A program made the position numbers and the translations under genes. A DNA stretch of 62,291 bases, counting the filler, from Chiloscyllium plagiosum (Eukaryota): assembly GCF_004010195.1 (NCBI RefSeq). It is 4 parts of one record of this genome, joined end to end, with 100 filler letters (N's around TTAATTAATTAA, not from the genome) between each part and the next. Parts side by side here need not be neighbours in the genome. Positions count along the whole stretch, not along the records: positions 1 to 14,993 come from NC_057714.1; 3 more parts are not named here. One strand, written 5' to 3'. Below are positions 1-12,249 of the stretch, piece after piece. Under the pieces are notes generated by a model that made no database searches, was not told the DNA's origin, and worked only from the letters and a program-made list of their open reading frames with translations. Every line of letters starts with the position of its first letter. Position 1 is the first letter of the stretch.

Positions 1-164
1 TTGCAACATTTAAGAGGCATTTGGATGGGTATATGAATAGGAAGGGTTTGGAGGGATATGGGCCGGGTGCTGGCAGGTGGGATTAGATTGGGTTGGGATA
101 TCTGGTCGGCATGGACGGGTTGGACCGAAGGGTCTGTTTCCATGCTGTACATCTCTATGACTCT
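1..164 (+). mobile_element. CR1-clade LINE 3' end
   Basis: 3' UTR gagggatatgggccgg...gaagggtctgtttcc and ctctatgactcta tail, shared with other CR1 copies in the window. Confidence 0.8.
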
Positions 165-491
165 AATAGCAGTAAGCTGGCTGATCAGTTAGTCACCAGT
201 CCCACGGTGCTGTCGGTGACCAATCTTTCTGAAAAAGGATTTCGACCCCTTCCTCTCACAAACGGATCTGCATTATTCTAAGTGTGACTTTATATCTTTT
301 CACGGATCCTCTTTTCCCTGCATTTCTTACCAGCTTCTTGGTGAACATTTGTCTGTGAAGTACTGAGATTGTCCTGCTGATGTTTCAATGGCTGTTGCAG
401 CCTACAGCTGTTGGCGATCTACAATGCTATCCTTGTTATGGGAATCTCCATATGAAATTCTAATGTAGGCCACTGCTAGTTGTTGGCACTA

Positions 492-686
492 CCAAAACTG
501 TTCAAACTGTTTAAAAGTAGATGTCTTGGTTTATTTTATGTTTATTTCTATTGTGTAATAAATTTCCGTCATATTGATAAAACCAAATCTGCAGCCTTAT
601 GTGTTTATGCTTCAGTGAAAGACTGTCGCGTTAAGTTGAAAATAAATCAAACCAGACTTCATTCTGGGACCAGATTTGCCCAGTGG
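492..686 (+). repeat. LTR-like repeat fragment, inverted relative to the copy at 1063-1290
   Basis: About 190 bp aligns by eye to the reverse complement of 1086-1285; a more diverged relative lies at ~60340-60510. Confidence 0.65.
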
Positions 687-1062
687 TCCTTTGTCTGTGC
701 TGTGGGTAGTGACTTCCTATTTATTAGAGTAGAGTTGAACGTTGCTGAGTCAAACCAGAAGAGGCACTTGTCTTAGGTGAAAGATTGGTTGATTGAATAT
801 TAGCAATAAGAACAGTTGACTTTGCTATCGGGCATAAATACGAAGGACTTGCAGGGCTGTCGAGAAAACATAGGCTCCTCACAAAGGTTAATGTAGAACT
901 GTTGTCTCCTCCCAGACAGAGAGTGTTTATGCTGTGTTATCAAATTGAACAGAGTTAACACAGTCATTAATTGTTTCAGAACCTTTGCTTTTTACACCAA
1001 GCCCTCTATGACACTCCAGTCAGGTACAAAGGGTCATACCAAAAAAGTGTGGGTATAACATA

Positions 1063-1290
1063 TTGTTGTGGTCTCAGTTAATCTTCCCACTGGTCAAGTC
1101 AGGTCCCAGAATAAAGTTTGGTTTGATAGACCTTTATTTTCAATTTAACGTGACAGTTTTTCACTGAAACATAAACACATAAGGCTGCAGAATTGGTTTT
1201 ATCCATAAGACAGAAATTTATTACACAGTAGAAATAAACATAAAATAAACCAAGACATCTACATATAACAGTTTTGAAAAGTTTCAAAAC
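1063..1290 (-). repeat. LTR-like repeat, 3' portion
   Basis: Homologous to 492-686; the minus strand has AATAAA and ends ...accacaACA like an LTR U5 end. Confidence 0.6.
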
Positions 1291-1675
1291 ATACAGCAAA
1301 ATAAATTTCCTTCTGTTCCCCAATATCATTATAGTTACTCTGAAACCCAGATTAATTATTTCACTATCAAATCTATAAATTCACTGTAACAACTTAGTCC
1401 TGGTCAAACGAGATGTAAGGCCTTTTCTTTTAACTACTCACAACTGAGAGCTTAGACTTCCTTGGTCATTAATATTCTGCAGAGTTCTAACCAAACATTC
1501 CTGGTCTAAAACTTTCACAAACTACACCCTGTCACTGGAGGAACTTGTAGCTTACTATTAGCATAATGTCCTTTACTAGGAGAGACTATTTATGCCTCTG
1601 ACCCTAGTAAAGGTCTCCATTAGCCTGTAGATATTTCCTAATCAATCTGTTCAGGCAGATTATGATACAATCCTG

Positions 1676-1847
1676 TGGAGAAAGTGAGGGCTGGAGATCA
1701 GAACTGAAAAATGTGTTGCTGGAAAAGCGCAGCAGGTCAGGCAGCATCCAAGGAGCAGGAGAAGGGCTAATGCCCGAAATGTCGATTTCTCCTGCTCCTT
1801 GGATGCTACCTGACCTGCTGCGCTTTTCCAGCAACACATTTTTCAGC
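1676..1847. mobile_element. Palindromic Penelope-like pLTR insert with 15-bp TSD, nested in a tRNA-derived SINE
   Basis: Inverted arms ctgaaaaatgtgttgctggaaaagcgcagcaggtcag / ctgacctgctgcgcttttccagcaacacatttttcag; perfect TSD tatgatacaatcctg at 1661-1675 and 1848-1862. Confidence 0.8.
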
Positions 1848-3134
1848 TATGATACAATCCTGGAAGAGGTGGGACTTTAACTCAGGTCTCCTGAATCAGA
1901 GATAAGGACACAACCACTGCATCAGAGAGCCCCCTATCATGTACAAATATGTTTTGTTGATATTTCACACCTCGAGAGCAGGTGAAACTTTAACTTAGAC
2001 CATCTAGTTGAGAGATTGGGACACTATCGGCGCACCACATAATTCCTTCATTAGTCGGTTAAATAATTCTCTAAACCATGCTTAGCTGTGATACATCACA
2101 TGAATTGAGTTAAAATTAGGATTTCTATTTCAAACTTCTGGAAAGAGTGATGTGAACCAGAGCAGAGCCGAAGAATCAGCAATGTAAGATTCTTTTTCAA
2201 CCAATGCAAGAAATTAAAAACTCATTTAGTTTGATATCTCTACCAGGGAAAATATTGGAAACATTAATTAAAGATGGTGTTACTAAATAGAAGGATGGAG
2301 CACAAGTAATTGGATGCAGGCCACATGAATTTCAAAAAGGAATATTGACAGACTTGACTTTGAGGATTTAAAATTCAGCTCTGGCCATTGAGAAATGAAA
2401 TCTGGAAGTGGTTTCTCACACGAATACTACTGAAGATGTAAAACTCTCCCACACCACTTCAGGTAGCTGCAAAGTTTTAAAGACCTAATATCAATAGCGT
2501 TTTGTTCAGAAAGGGATATAATTTAAGAGTGGAGTTAAATTGAATTTGAGGTACAGATGATTTAATTGAATGGCAGAACAGACCTGAGGAGATGTCCTTC
2601 AAAGGAGGTGAAAGATATGTTGAGCCGGGAAATACTGTGCATATAGAAGTACATACTCTCTGGCAAGGTATTCCAAAGGGACTTGTTGGATGCGATTAAG
2701 AGCTACTTTGTATAGCATTCCCCATGTCAGATGCTTGTTGGGGACATGTCAGCCTTGGCTAAATATGTAGCACTGATTCTGGGTTGGAGACACATTCTGG
2801 GACATGAGGACTAGAAGTTGCTGACACTTCAGTGCAATAATGACAGAGTGCTGCATTGGCAGGAGTGTTGCATTTAAGAGCAGGCTGTCCATTCAACTCC
2901 TCCAGCCTGATTCATCATTCAATTATGTTAGCGGCACCTCAAAGTCATTTACTTCCGTTGACTAATGAAAATCTGTCGACTTCATTCTTTAACGTTTCAA
3001 TTGACAGAGCTCTGTGGGAGAGTTCCACATCATCATCACCATGTGGGGATGACCGACTCCGCACTTAAAGTCCTCAAAGACTTCGATCAGGTTTGTCAAG
3101 TATAATATACCTTCTGGAAATCCATATTAGCTGT

Positions 3135-3360
3135 ATTAGATTAGATTAGATTCCCTACAGTGTGGAAACAGGCCATCTGGCCCAACAAGTCCATACTGAC
3201 CCTCCTAAGAGTAACCCAACCAGACCCATCCCCCTACATTTACTCCTGACTAATGCACCTAACACTATGGGCAATTTAGCATGGTCAATTCACCTGACCT
3301 GCACATCTTTCGATTGTGGGAGGAAACCAAAGCACCCGGAGGAAACCTGCACAGATACGG
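3135..3360 (-). mobile_element. HE1-type V-SINE, 3' part
   Basis: Reverse complement of ggtttcctcccaca...ggttaggtgaattgaccatgctaaattgccc with (tctaa)n tail. Confidence 0.8.
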
Positions 3361-3487
3361 CTGTGTTCAATTATTTCCCCAATTTATTGGAGAATCTGTT
3401 TTGAATAGAGCAGGGCAACAACCTCTATTGGTCTGGTCCACATTTATCCCTCAATCTCCAGTGCAAAGGAAAATAACAGGTTACTAC

Positions 3488-3872
3488 ATAGAATCATTGA
3501 GTCATACAGCACAGAAACAGACCCTTCGGACCAACCAGTCCAGGCCGAACATAATCCCAAACTAAACTAGCCCCACCTGCCTGCTCCGGGCCCATATCCC
3601 TCCAAACCTTTCCTATTCATGTATCCATCCAGATGTCTTTTAAATTGTAACTGTACCCCACATTCAACACTTCCTCAGGAAGTTTACTCCACATGTGAAC
3701 TACCCTCTGTGTAAAGAAATTGCACCACATGTCTTTTTAAAATGTCATTCCTCCTACCTTAAAAATGTGCCACCTAGTTTTGAAATCCCCCATCCTAGGG
3801 AAAAGACAGTCTATATCCCTCATTATTTTATAACCTTCTATCAGGTCACCTCTCAACCTCCTACGCTCCAGT
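3488..3872 (-). mobile_element. CR1 LINE 3' fragment
   Basis: LERRRLRGDLIEGYKIMR ORF2 C-terminal motif plus CR1 3' UTR. Confidence 0.8.
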
Positions 3873-4920
3873 GTATATGGCTGTCTGTCAGAATTTGCTG
3901 TGTACAGATTGGCTTCCACTTCCCTACTTCACTATAGTGTAGCAGCCTCCTAGCTGCTAAAACACAGATACATTGCTACCTTGGTCAAACAACAAGGACT
4001 TCTGAGTACATTGACCAGTAAAACTCTGAAATCCCAAAGCCCACAACAGACACAGGGAAAATACAGCATTCAGGGTCTAATGATATTAGTATAATGTAAA
4101 AGGCACCAGTTATCCTAGACAGACATATCCTCCACAACATATCCACCAAACAAAGGAGGGTCCAGATGGAAAGGCACTGAGTCCTGCTACTAACAGTACA
4201 AACTAACACTAATACGCCATCCAAATGATGGACTCTTTTTAAGTGAGTTTCCTTGATTGGCCAGAATTATAGAAAATCCATTTCAAACAGTATAAAAACA
4301 AGGATCGCTGGCAGACTGCTCTCTTGGACCTCCTAAGGAGACCAGCATGGCCAACGGCTGAGAGCTGCTGACAGTCTGGAGAGAGAGAGAGAGAAAGCAG
4401 CTTGGCATTCCCACAGAGACAGAGAGAGAGAAGGCTGTACAAACCTACAAGAGTCTTGGGAAGTGTTGTAAGCTTAAGGGACCAAATAGGATTAGAGGTA
4501 GTATTGTTTTGTAGTAAAAGCTATTGTAACTGGTTTCTTAATAAAGTTGGGCCCGTTTTGCATTGCTACTGGCTTGTGTTTGTAGTGATTTGACAACTTT
4601 GACATTGTGGGACACCTGGGCAAATTCTTTCATGACATTCTGGTTAGATTTGCCTAACTTGCTTTAAGGAGGAACTAGATAATAGTGACTATACGTCAAA
4701 ACTACTTCATTGACAACAAAGTGTGATGGGTGTCCTCATATTGTAAAAGGTGCTCTAACAATGCAAAACATTTCTTGTTTGCTATTCCTTTAGCTAGACA
4801 CTTCTCTCACTTCCAGTCGTGATCTCCTTTCCATTAAAACAGCTCATCTGTGATCAGCTCCCAGGCCTAGCTCCACACGTATGAGTGTGGGGGCAAACAG
4901 CTAGATGGCTAGACTATGAT

Positions 4921-5207
4921 GGGGTGGCACGGTGGCTCAGTGGTTAGCACTGCTGCTGGGTCTCAGGTTCGATTCCAGCCTCGGGTAACTGTCTGTGTAG
5001 GGTTTGCACAAACTCCCTGTGTCTGCGTGGGTTTCCTCCCACAGTCCAAAGATGTGCAGGTTAGGTGAATTGGCCATGCTAAATTGCCCATAGTGTGAGG
5101 TGCATCATTCAGAAGGGGAATGGAGTCTGGGTGGGTTACTCTTCGGAGGATCGGTGTGGACTTGTTGGGCCAAAGGGCCTGTCCCCACTTTGTAGGGAAT
5201 CTAATCT
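4921..5207 (+). mobile_element. HE1-type V-SINE
   Basis: tRNA-like head ggtggctcagtggttagcac (A box) and ggttcgattcc (B box), V domain, LINE-like tail. Confidence 0.85.
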
Positions 5208-5308
5208 TCTGATACCCATGGTGCAGGTTCAATCCTTGTGATAGTTTGTGGAGGTCTGTCTTGCATTGTGATTGCGGAAGGGTATCCCACAAGCTGTATA
5301 TAACTCAG

Positions 5309-5436
5309 TTCTGAAGAAGTATCATTGGACTCAAAATGTTAACTCTGCTTCCTCTCCATAGATCTTGCCGGGCCTGCTGAGTTTCTCCATCAATTTCTGT
5401 TTTTGTTTCAGACCTCCAGCACCTGCAGTTCTTTGA
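5309..5436 (+). mobile_element. Older PLE-type pLTR fragment with decayed hammerhead
   Basis: ctgaagaagtatcattggactcaaaatgttaactctg...ctccagcacctgcag; same family as 11004-11101, 33288-33415 and 60590-60700. Confidence 0.55.
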
Positions 5437-5514
5437 TTTATATCACTCATTAGTTTCTCTACTGGGCAGAGTTGCCTATGGTTGTTTGTGAGCTCTGGCT
5501 ATTTAAATGTGACA

Positions 5515-5817
5515 TGGCACAATGGCTCAGTGGGTGAGCACTGCTTCCTCACAGCACCAGGACTCCAGGCTCAAATCCAACCTCAGGTGACTATCTGTGT
5601 GGGAAATGCACATTCTCCCCAGTCCTGCATGGGTTTCCTCCTACAATCCAAGGATGTGCAGGTTAGGCGGAATGGCAAAGCTAAATTGCCCCACAGTGTT
5701 TAGGAAAGTGCAGGCTAGGTGGATTAGACAAGGGAAATGTTGGATTACAGGGATTGGGTGGGATGCTCCTCAGAGGGTTAGTGTGGACTCTGCTTCCATG
5801 CTGTAGGGATTCTATGA
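5515..5817 (+). mobile_element. HE1-type V-SINE (diverged)
   Basis: Head, V domain and gggattctatga tail. Confidence 0.75.
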
Positions 5818-6191
5818 TAGATGCCCTCACCTGCCAGTAAGAAGCCCCATTATATCATTATGATCACTGCAATGAGATTTATTCGTCACTGAGATAGCTC
5901 TGGCAGTTTCTTGAATTTGGTTACATATCTCACCTTGGCTCTCCAGGCCTGATTCCACCTAAACTAAGGTTCTCCATCCTCCAACATTGTCCAAAACACT
6001 GCTGCAAGCAAACCCAGGAGTTAAAAACAACTCTGCTCTTCACTTTAAATGTCCTTCTTCATGAGTTACAAAAATATTGAACTTCAGCAAAGCAAGCTCT
6101 GAGACCCAATCAGCTAATGGAGAGCATCGTCTGTGGCTGATTGTGGGGAAAGGTGATGTTCTGTGAACATGGGTGTGGCAGATGACCAATG

Positions 6192-6685
6192 ACAAAAGTG
6201 AGGACTGCAGATGCTGGAGATCAGAGTTAAGACTAAAGTGGTGCTGGAAAGGCACATCAGGTCGGGCAGCATCCGAGAAGCAGGAATATCAATACTTCGG
6301 GCAAAAGCCCTTCATCAGGAATGAGGGTGGAGAGATAAATGGGAGGGGAGGGGGGGTGGGGCTGGGGAGAAGGTAGCTAAGAGTGCAATGGGTAGATGGA
6401 GGTGGGGATGAAGGTGATAGGTGGGAGAGGAGGGTGGAGTGGATAGGTGGGAAGGAAGATTGGCAGGTAGGACAGCTCATGAGGATGGTGCTGAGCTGGC
6501 AGCTTGGAACTGGGGTAAGGTTGAAGAGGGGAAATGAGGAAATTGGTGAAGTCCACATTGCCAGTCTGTTTCAGGACATGGTTGAAGAGCCTCAGGGCAG
6601 AGGAGATGAAGTGGGGGTTGCAGTGACAGAGAGAGACTCACTGAGATCTTTGTTGAGAGAGGGGGAGAACATCTTCAAGGTAGGC
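6192..6685 (-). mobile_element. Penelope-like element 3' end with 13-bp TSD
   Basis: Minus strand ctgatgaagggcttttgcccgaag (decayed hammerhead), pyrimidine-rich 3' UTR; TSD cagatga(c/g)caatg at 6179-6191 and 6686-6698. Confidence 0.7.
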
Positions 6686-6729
6686 CAGATGAGCAATGGC
6701 CAGAGTTTGGGGGCAGAATATGAAGGAGG

Positions 6730-7081
6730 GGTTTATAAAATCATGAGGGGCATGGACAGGGTCAATAGTCAAGGTCTTCTCCCCAAGGTAGGGCAGTCCA
6801 AAACTAGACAGCATAAGTTTAAGGTGAGAGGGGAAAGATTTAAAAGGTACCTAAGGGGCAACCTTTTCACACAGAAGGTGTTGTGTGTATGGAATGATCT
6901 GCTAGAGGAAATGGGTGGAGGCTGGTACAATTACAACATTTAAAGGCATCTGGATGGGTGTATGAATAGAAAGGGTTCGAGGGATATAGGTCAAATGCTG
7001 GCAAATGGGACTAGATCAATTTAGGATGTCTGGTCGACATAGAAGGGTCTGTTTCCGTACAGTACGTCTCTATGATTCTAA
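6730..7081 (+). mobile_element. CR1 LINE 3' fragment
   Basis: VYKIMRGMDRV...FTQKVLCVWNDL motif and 3' UTR. Confidence 0.8.
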
Positions 7082-7409
7082 GACTGACGTATCCAGGATT
7101 GCCAATACTAATAAGTTAAAGGATGGAGAACGAATAAAATGGCAAAATTGGCAAATAAAGTTCAACGTTGATAAATTGAGGTAATACATTTTTGGAGGAA
7201 CAGCTTATGACTTGAGTGCGAGTCTGGGTGGGATAGAGGAACAAAAGAGTCTCAGAGTACAAATACATCAATCAAGCTGTTCTAACACCAGTTAGCAACC
7301 ATTAAAATTATTTCCAGAATTGAAAGCAGAGAAGTTGTGCTAAACTTGGTTAGATCATTCCTCAAGTACTGTGTATAATTCTGGTCACTCAATAATAAAA
7401 AAGATGGGA

Positions 7410-7870
7410 GAGATTCCAGAGCCTGATCAGCTAAGTGTTTGATTTTATGATTTCTAAAACATATTAATCTTAATCTGCTTTTTTTTTGTAAATCTATAAT
7501 AGTGAGTATGGTGAAGATTTTTTGTGAGTTTTACTGAGATCTGTCTCTTGATTGAACTTTAACATAATCGATAGGTATTAAGTTATCCCGGAGCAGTGTT
7601 TTGAGCAGTAAGACTGTGCTCACCCTGAGTTTTTAAGCAAAGTACGTTGTGTCTGTTTTCGGTATATTCTGGGTCTGTGGATGGTTGAAGGGGCAGGGAT
7701 GGCATTTAGTAGAGTGAGGTGCTCTTCCAGTTGGATGTGGGAGATCGGGGACATTTTTAATGTTCCCGGAGACTATAATGCAGAGAGCAAGGTAAGACTG
7801 ATAGAGTAAACTGCATTTATTTCAATGTAAGAGGCCTTATGGTAAGGCAGATGAACTTAGGACATGGTTG
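7410..7870 (+). mobile_element. Decayed CR1 5' region (ORF1 start and ORF2 endonuclease start)
   Basis: atggcatttagtagagtgaggtgctcttcc (MAFSRVRCSS.WMWEI) and aactgcatttatttcaatgtaagagg...gcagatgaacttagg (NCIYFNVR..ADELR). Confidence 0.5.
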
Positions 7871-9429
7871 ACCAGCATATGAGGGAGAAGGGAATAAAGT
7901 TTACCATGCTTGATTTAGATGTCAACTTTAGTTTTCCAGAAGGACTTAGATACAGTTATTAGGGGGAAAGAGATCAAAGGATGTGGGGAGGACATGGGAA
8001 CAGGATTTTGAGCTAGATGATCAACCAGGATCATATTGAATGGTGGAGCAGATTTGAAAGGCTGAATATCCTATTTTCCATGTTTGTGTTTCTATAAGCG
8101 ACATGAGAGGAAGCTCGAGTGGAGCATAAAAACTGGCATTGGCTGGCTGGGCCGAATGGCCTGCTTGTGCTTGCAGTTCTATGTAATCCTGTCAACATGT
8201 CCGACCAGTGATGGTAACCCTTACCCCTACAGGAACTGATAGGATAGATTTCTGTTCTGAATGTCTGGATGAGGGGAGCAGGATCCCTATGATCTGCTCA
8301 TTGTTTTCAAGTCCCTTTAGGTGCTTAATACGGGAATACACACATCGTGGAGTTGGGAGTGCACGTTGGGGGGGTCTCAGTGTGTAAATGGCTGCCTAGT
8401 GTACCTCACAATCAATTCTCCCTTCCGTTGATTTGAATGGGAAAGAAAGCTGAGCAAATTCAATAGAATTCATTTCATAGTGACATACAAGGCCAGCATG
8501 AGAAAACTATCCTCAGAGAGTCTTTGTCAAGATGCTACTTTTATCAAATTCTAGTTTCCCCTTCAATAAACTGAGTGAGTTCCTTTTGTGAGGAGAAGGT
8601 CGCTTTGAAAGATGACAGGGTTTGTTTTTGCTGTTCTTTTTTTAATTTAACCTTTGAAAGAAGTGTCATTTTCTAGCTTGATGGTTCATAGTCAGCTTCT
8701 GATTGATTGGAGGAAATGGCAAAGGAGCCTCTTACTCTGGTTGACAGCCTTTGATTTACTGTGACCTGTTAGTGCTTTAATGATGCTTGAAAAGGGGCCA
8801 AAGATTATAATACAAAGCTGAAAGTCTGGGTTCAAACCACCACCAGATGGAAAGGCTCTTAGGAACAGAACTAACTGTACTTACAGGTGAACATTTGACC
8901 CTGATGTACCAATTATAATTAATAAGCTGACTTGCAGTGTGCAGCAGAAGGTAAAAAAACACTTTTCCTTAGAAAGGAATTGGAAAAGTGCAAAGAAAGG
9001 AAAGATGTAGGATTTTTGAGCCTTGAGTCCTTTGCAACACAGAAGCAGGCCACTCAGCCTATTGACTCCATGCCAGCTGGCTATGTAGCAACCCAGCTTT
9101 ATACGCCTAGCCCTGCAAGGTTACTTCTTCAAGTACTTTCTCAGCAATTCACCAGAGAGCCACACAAATAATCTGAAAGTGCCTATCTGTAGCATTTCGA
9201 TAGTAATTCTGTTCATCCTTCTGGTTAAGCAAAGGCAACATTTATTCCGTGTCTTTCAAGTCTTAAAGTGCATCAGAGACAATTAAATACTGATTTAACT
9301 TGGGAAACATGCCAGCCAACTTGCAAACTGTGGATGATAAGTAAGACAAGCATTTCGGATTGGAACAAGAGCTATTGAAAGATGCTACCTGATACCTCAA
9401 TATCAGTCATAGAAGCTAATAGAAGTTGC

Positions 9430-10275
9430 ATAAGAACAAAAGGGTCGAATACAGGTGCAGGGATGTACAGCTGAGACTGTATAAAGGTCTGGATTGACTG
9501 CATTTGGAATATTGTGAGCAGTTTTGGGCCCTGTATCTCAGTCGCCTGAGTCGGGAATTGAACCCGGGTCTCTGGCGCTGTGAGGCAGCAGTGCTAACCA
9601 CTGTGCCACTGTGCCACCCGTCATATCAGTCATAGAAGCTAATAGAAGTTGCACAAGAACAAAAGGGTCGAATACAGGTGCAGGGATGTACAGCTGAGAC
9701 TGTATAAAGGTCTGAATTGACTGCATTTGGAATATTGTGAGCAGTTTTGGGCCCTGTATCTAAGGAAGGATGTACTGGCTCTGGAAGGAATCCACAGGTG
9801 GTTCATAAGAATGATCCTGGGGATGAAGGGTTTGTCATATGAGGAGTTGTTGAAGATTCTGGGTCTGTACTCGATGGAGTTTAAAAGGATGATGTGGAAT
9901 CTGAATGAAACTTACAGAATACTGAGAGGCCTGGGCAGAGTGGACATAGAGAAGATGTTTCCATTCGTAGGAGAGACTAGGGACCTGAGGGCACAGCCAC
10001 AGAGTGAAGGGACAACCCTTCAGAACTGAGATGAGGAGGAATTTCTTCAGCCAGAGGGTGGTGACTCTGTGGAACTCATTGCCACAGAGGGCTGTGGAGA
10101 CCAAATTATTAATTGTATTTAAGACAGAGATAGGTTCTTGATTAGTAAGGGGATCAAGGGTTAGCATTAGAATACGGAAGAATGGGGTTGAGAAACATAT
10201 CAGCCATGATTGAATGGTGGAGCAGACTCGATGGGCTGACTGGCCTAATTCTGCTCCTATATCTGATGGTTTTAT
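9430..10275 (+). mobile_element. CR1 LINE 3' fragment with local 139-bp duplication and HE1 head
   Basis: LEYCEQFWALYLRKDVLALEG motif, 3' UTR and tail; HE1 head on the minus strand at 9539-9622. Confidence 0.8.
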
Positions 10276-10598
10276 GGGTATGGGGCTCTGAATGTGCATT
10301 GAGGGAAATGGACAACACATCTCACAAAGATTATACATCTTGGAGGAGTGCAATGCAGAGTTTTGGAACAACATAGAATCTGAGAGAGGTGAATTCTAAG
10401 GAGGAGGTTGATGGAGATGATTCAGAGGTTTGATGTGGGGGGCAAGAGAAATGATTTTCTCTTGTGGGAGGGGGAGGATGTCCAAACCAAGAAGGTATAA
10501 CCCTGAAGTTAGAGCATTCAGCAGCAAGACCAAGAAGCATTCCTCACATAAACCAGTAGCAATTCATGATCTCTTGAAAGCTGTGGGTCTGGAGTCTA

Positions 10599-10863
10599 GG
10601 AGAAAATGAGGACTGCAGATGCTGGAGACCAGAGTTGAAAAATGTGGTGCTGGAAAAACACAGCAGGCCAGGCAGCATCCGAGGAACAGGAGAATTGACG
10701 TTTCGGGCATAAACCCTTCTTCAGGAATGAGGCTGGTGTGCCAAGCGGGCTGAGATAAAAGGTTGGGGGGAGGGAATTTGGGGGAGGAGCGCTGGGAATA
10801 CGATAGGTGGAAGGAGGTGAGGATGAGGTGATAGGTACGATAGGTGGAAGGAGGTGAGGGTGA
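10599..10863 (-). mobile_element. Penelope-like element 3' end with 14-bp TSD
   Basis: TSD gtctgga(g/a)tctagg at 10587-10600 and 10864-10877; contains a hammerhead core. Confidence 0.75.
10697..10724 (-). ncRNA. Minimal type I hammerhead ribozyme core
   Basis: CTGAAGA-A-GGGT(TTAT)GCCC-GAAAC-GTC; core residues intact, stem I weak. Confidence 0.6.
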
Positions 10864-11003
10864 GTCTGGAATCTAGGTCAAGGAAGGTTTTGCTGGCAAT
10901 CACTCATACTTTCATGGCACCATTTGTCAGACTAGCTCTCAAATGAAATTCCACTGGCCGCCACAGTGGGAGTGGAGGTCACAAACAATTCTCAAAGCAT
11001 TAG

Positions 11004-11101
11004 ATTTTGAGGAAGGGTCATTTGAACCAAACGTTAACTCTGATTTCTCCCCACCGATGCTGCCAGACCTGCTGAGCTTTTCCAGCAATTTATGTTTTTG
11101 C
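11004..11101 (+). mobile_element. Older PLE-type pLTR fragment with 15-bp TSD
   Basis: ttgaggaagggtcatttgaaccaaacgttaac decayed core; TSD ttct(c/t)aaagcattag at 10989-11003 and 11102-11116. Confidence 0.65.
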
Positions 11102-12249
11102 TTCTTAAAGCATTAGCCCGGGCTCCTGGGTTACCAGCTGAGATGACTAATCTCCAACAACCACTACATTTCCACTACCTCATGGTCTCCCCAAACATCA
11201 ATCCATTCTTTAGTCGGAAGGATAGTGGAAATGGATTTTAATGTTGAGTTTTATTGCTTATTAATCCAAGTGTTACTATAGACTCTAGGTATTTAATAAT
11301 CAAGTAGAAAATATTGTCCTTGGAGAGGAATGTGACCTGTTTCGAGGTTTGATTGGTTCTCAGATGATGTGGTTGGAAATTGGAAGCTGGAATTGAGTTC
11401 TCAGATGATGTGGTTGGAAATTGGAAGCTGTTTGAGGCAGGCTGACTAAGATAGGCTCGTTTTTCCTATTGCAAGCCATGATTAATTCACCAGCATTGAC
11501 TTTGAATCCCACACCACAACAAAGGACTGAACAGGGCAGTTCCAACAGGAGAGGTTGACATCATACTTCGCAAATCTCCAGCTACATTTTTTTGTCAAGG
11601 TATGAGTGGCATTGCCATGGTGGCAGTTAATGCCCATCTCTACTGCCCTGAGAAGATGGAATGGGGTTTCCCTTAAAACACCATCACATTGAGACAGGAG
11701 GAATGCACTATCTCTCTTCCTTTCTCTCTCTCTCCAGCCTCACTAATTCATAGATCACAACATTAGTTTAACTGTTTTATTCACTTCCCAATATGACCAA
11801 ATTGTAAGCTTGCACTATATTAGAATAAAAAACCCCAAAATCTGATTTTCTTTAAAAAAGACAAAATTATTGATTTATTGACTGCTGGAAATACTTGACT
11901 CAGGGTTTGAGGGGAGAATAAATTAGAAACTGGGGCACACCCTTACGGGAGAACAGTGGTGTGTTCACAATTTTCTTAATACAGCACAAATCAAGTTCAT
12001 AGCAAGAAGAAATTTGCAATGACTTGTTAATCTCTAGAACCTAATTTGGCATCTTCCCACTTAGCAGCACCAAGCTCCTTCTGTCCTTTAGACCCACCAC
12101 CCTTCTTAAGAAATTGCAAGGTGTTGTTTTCCGGTATTATGAGCTTCTGCTTCCAATAACATAGAGTGTGAATTATATTTGAACATTGTCTTGCATGTGG
12201 ACTACTACTAGTACACTGGGAATGCTTGTCTTTTTTTGTATTCAATCAC

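Noticed and set aside
480..1329. Two similar ORFs on opposite strands (CLGLFYVYFYCVINF)
   Set aside because: Translations of the inverted LTR-like repeat pair, not a gene family.
1604..1880. Near-identical ORFs on both strands (LLEKRSRSGSIQGAG.. / MLPDLLRFSS..)
   Set aside because: By-product of the palindromic pLTR insert; no evidence of a protein.
4921..4985. tRNA-like sequences at SINE heads
   Set aside because: They continue into V-SINE bodies and lack a full cloverleaf; not tRNA genes.
11356..11430. Two 34-bp identical repeats with a 7-bp spacer, superficially CRISPR-like
   Set aside because: Only two units, tiny spacer, vertebrate context, no cas genes; a simple ~41-bp tandem duplication.
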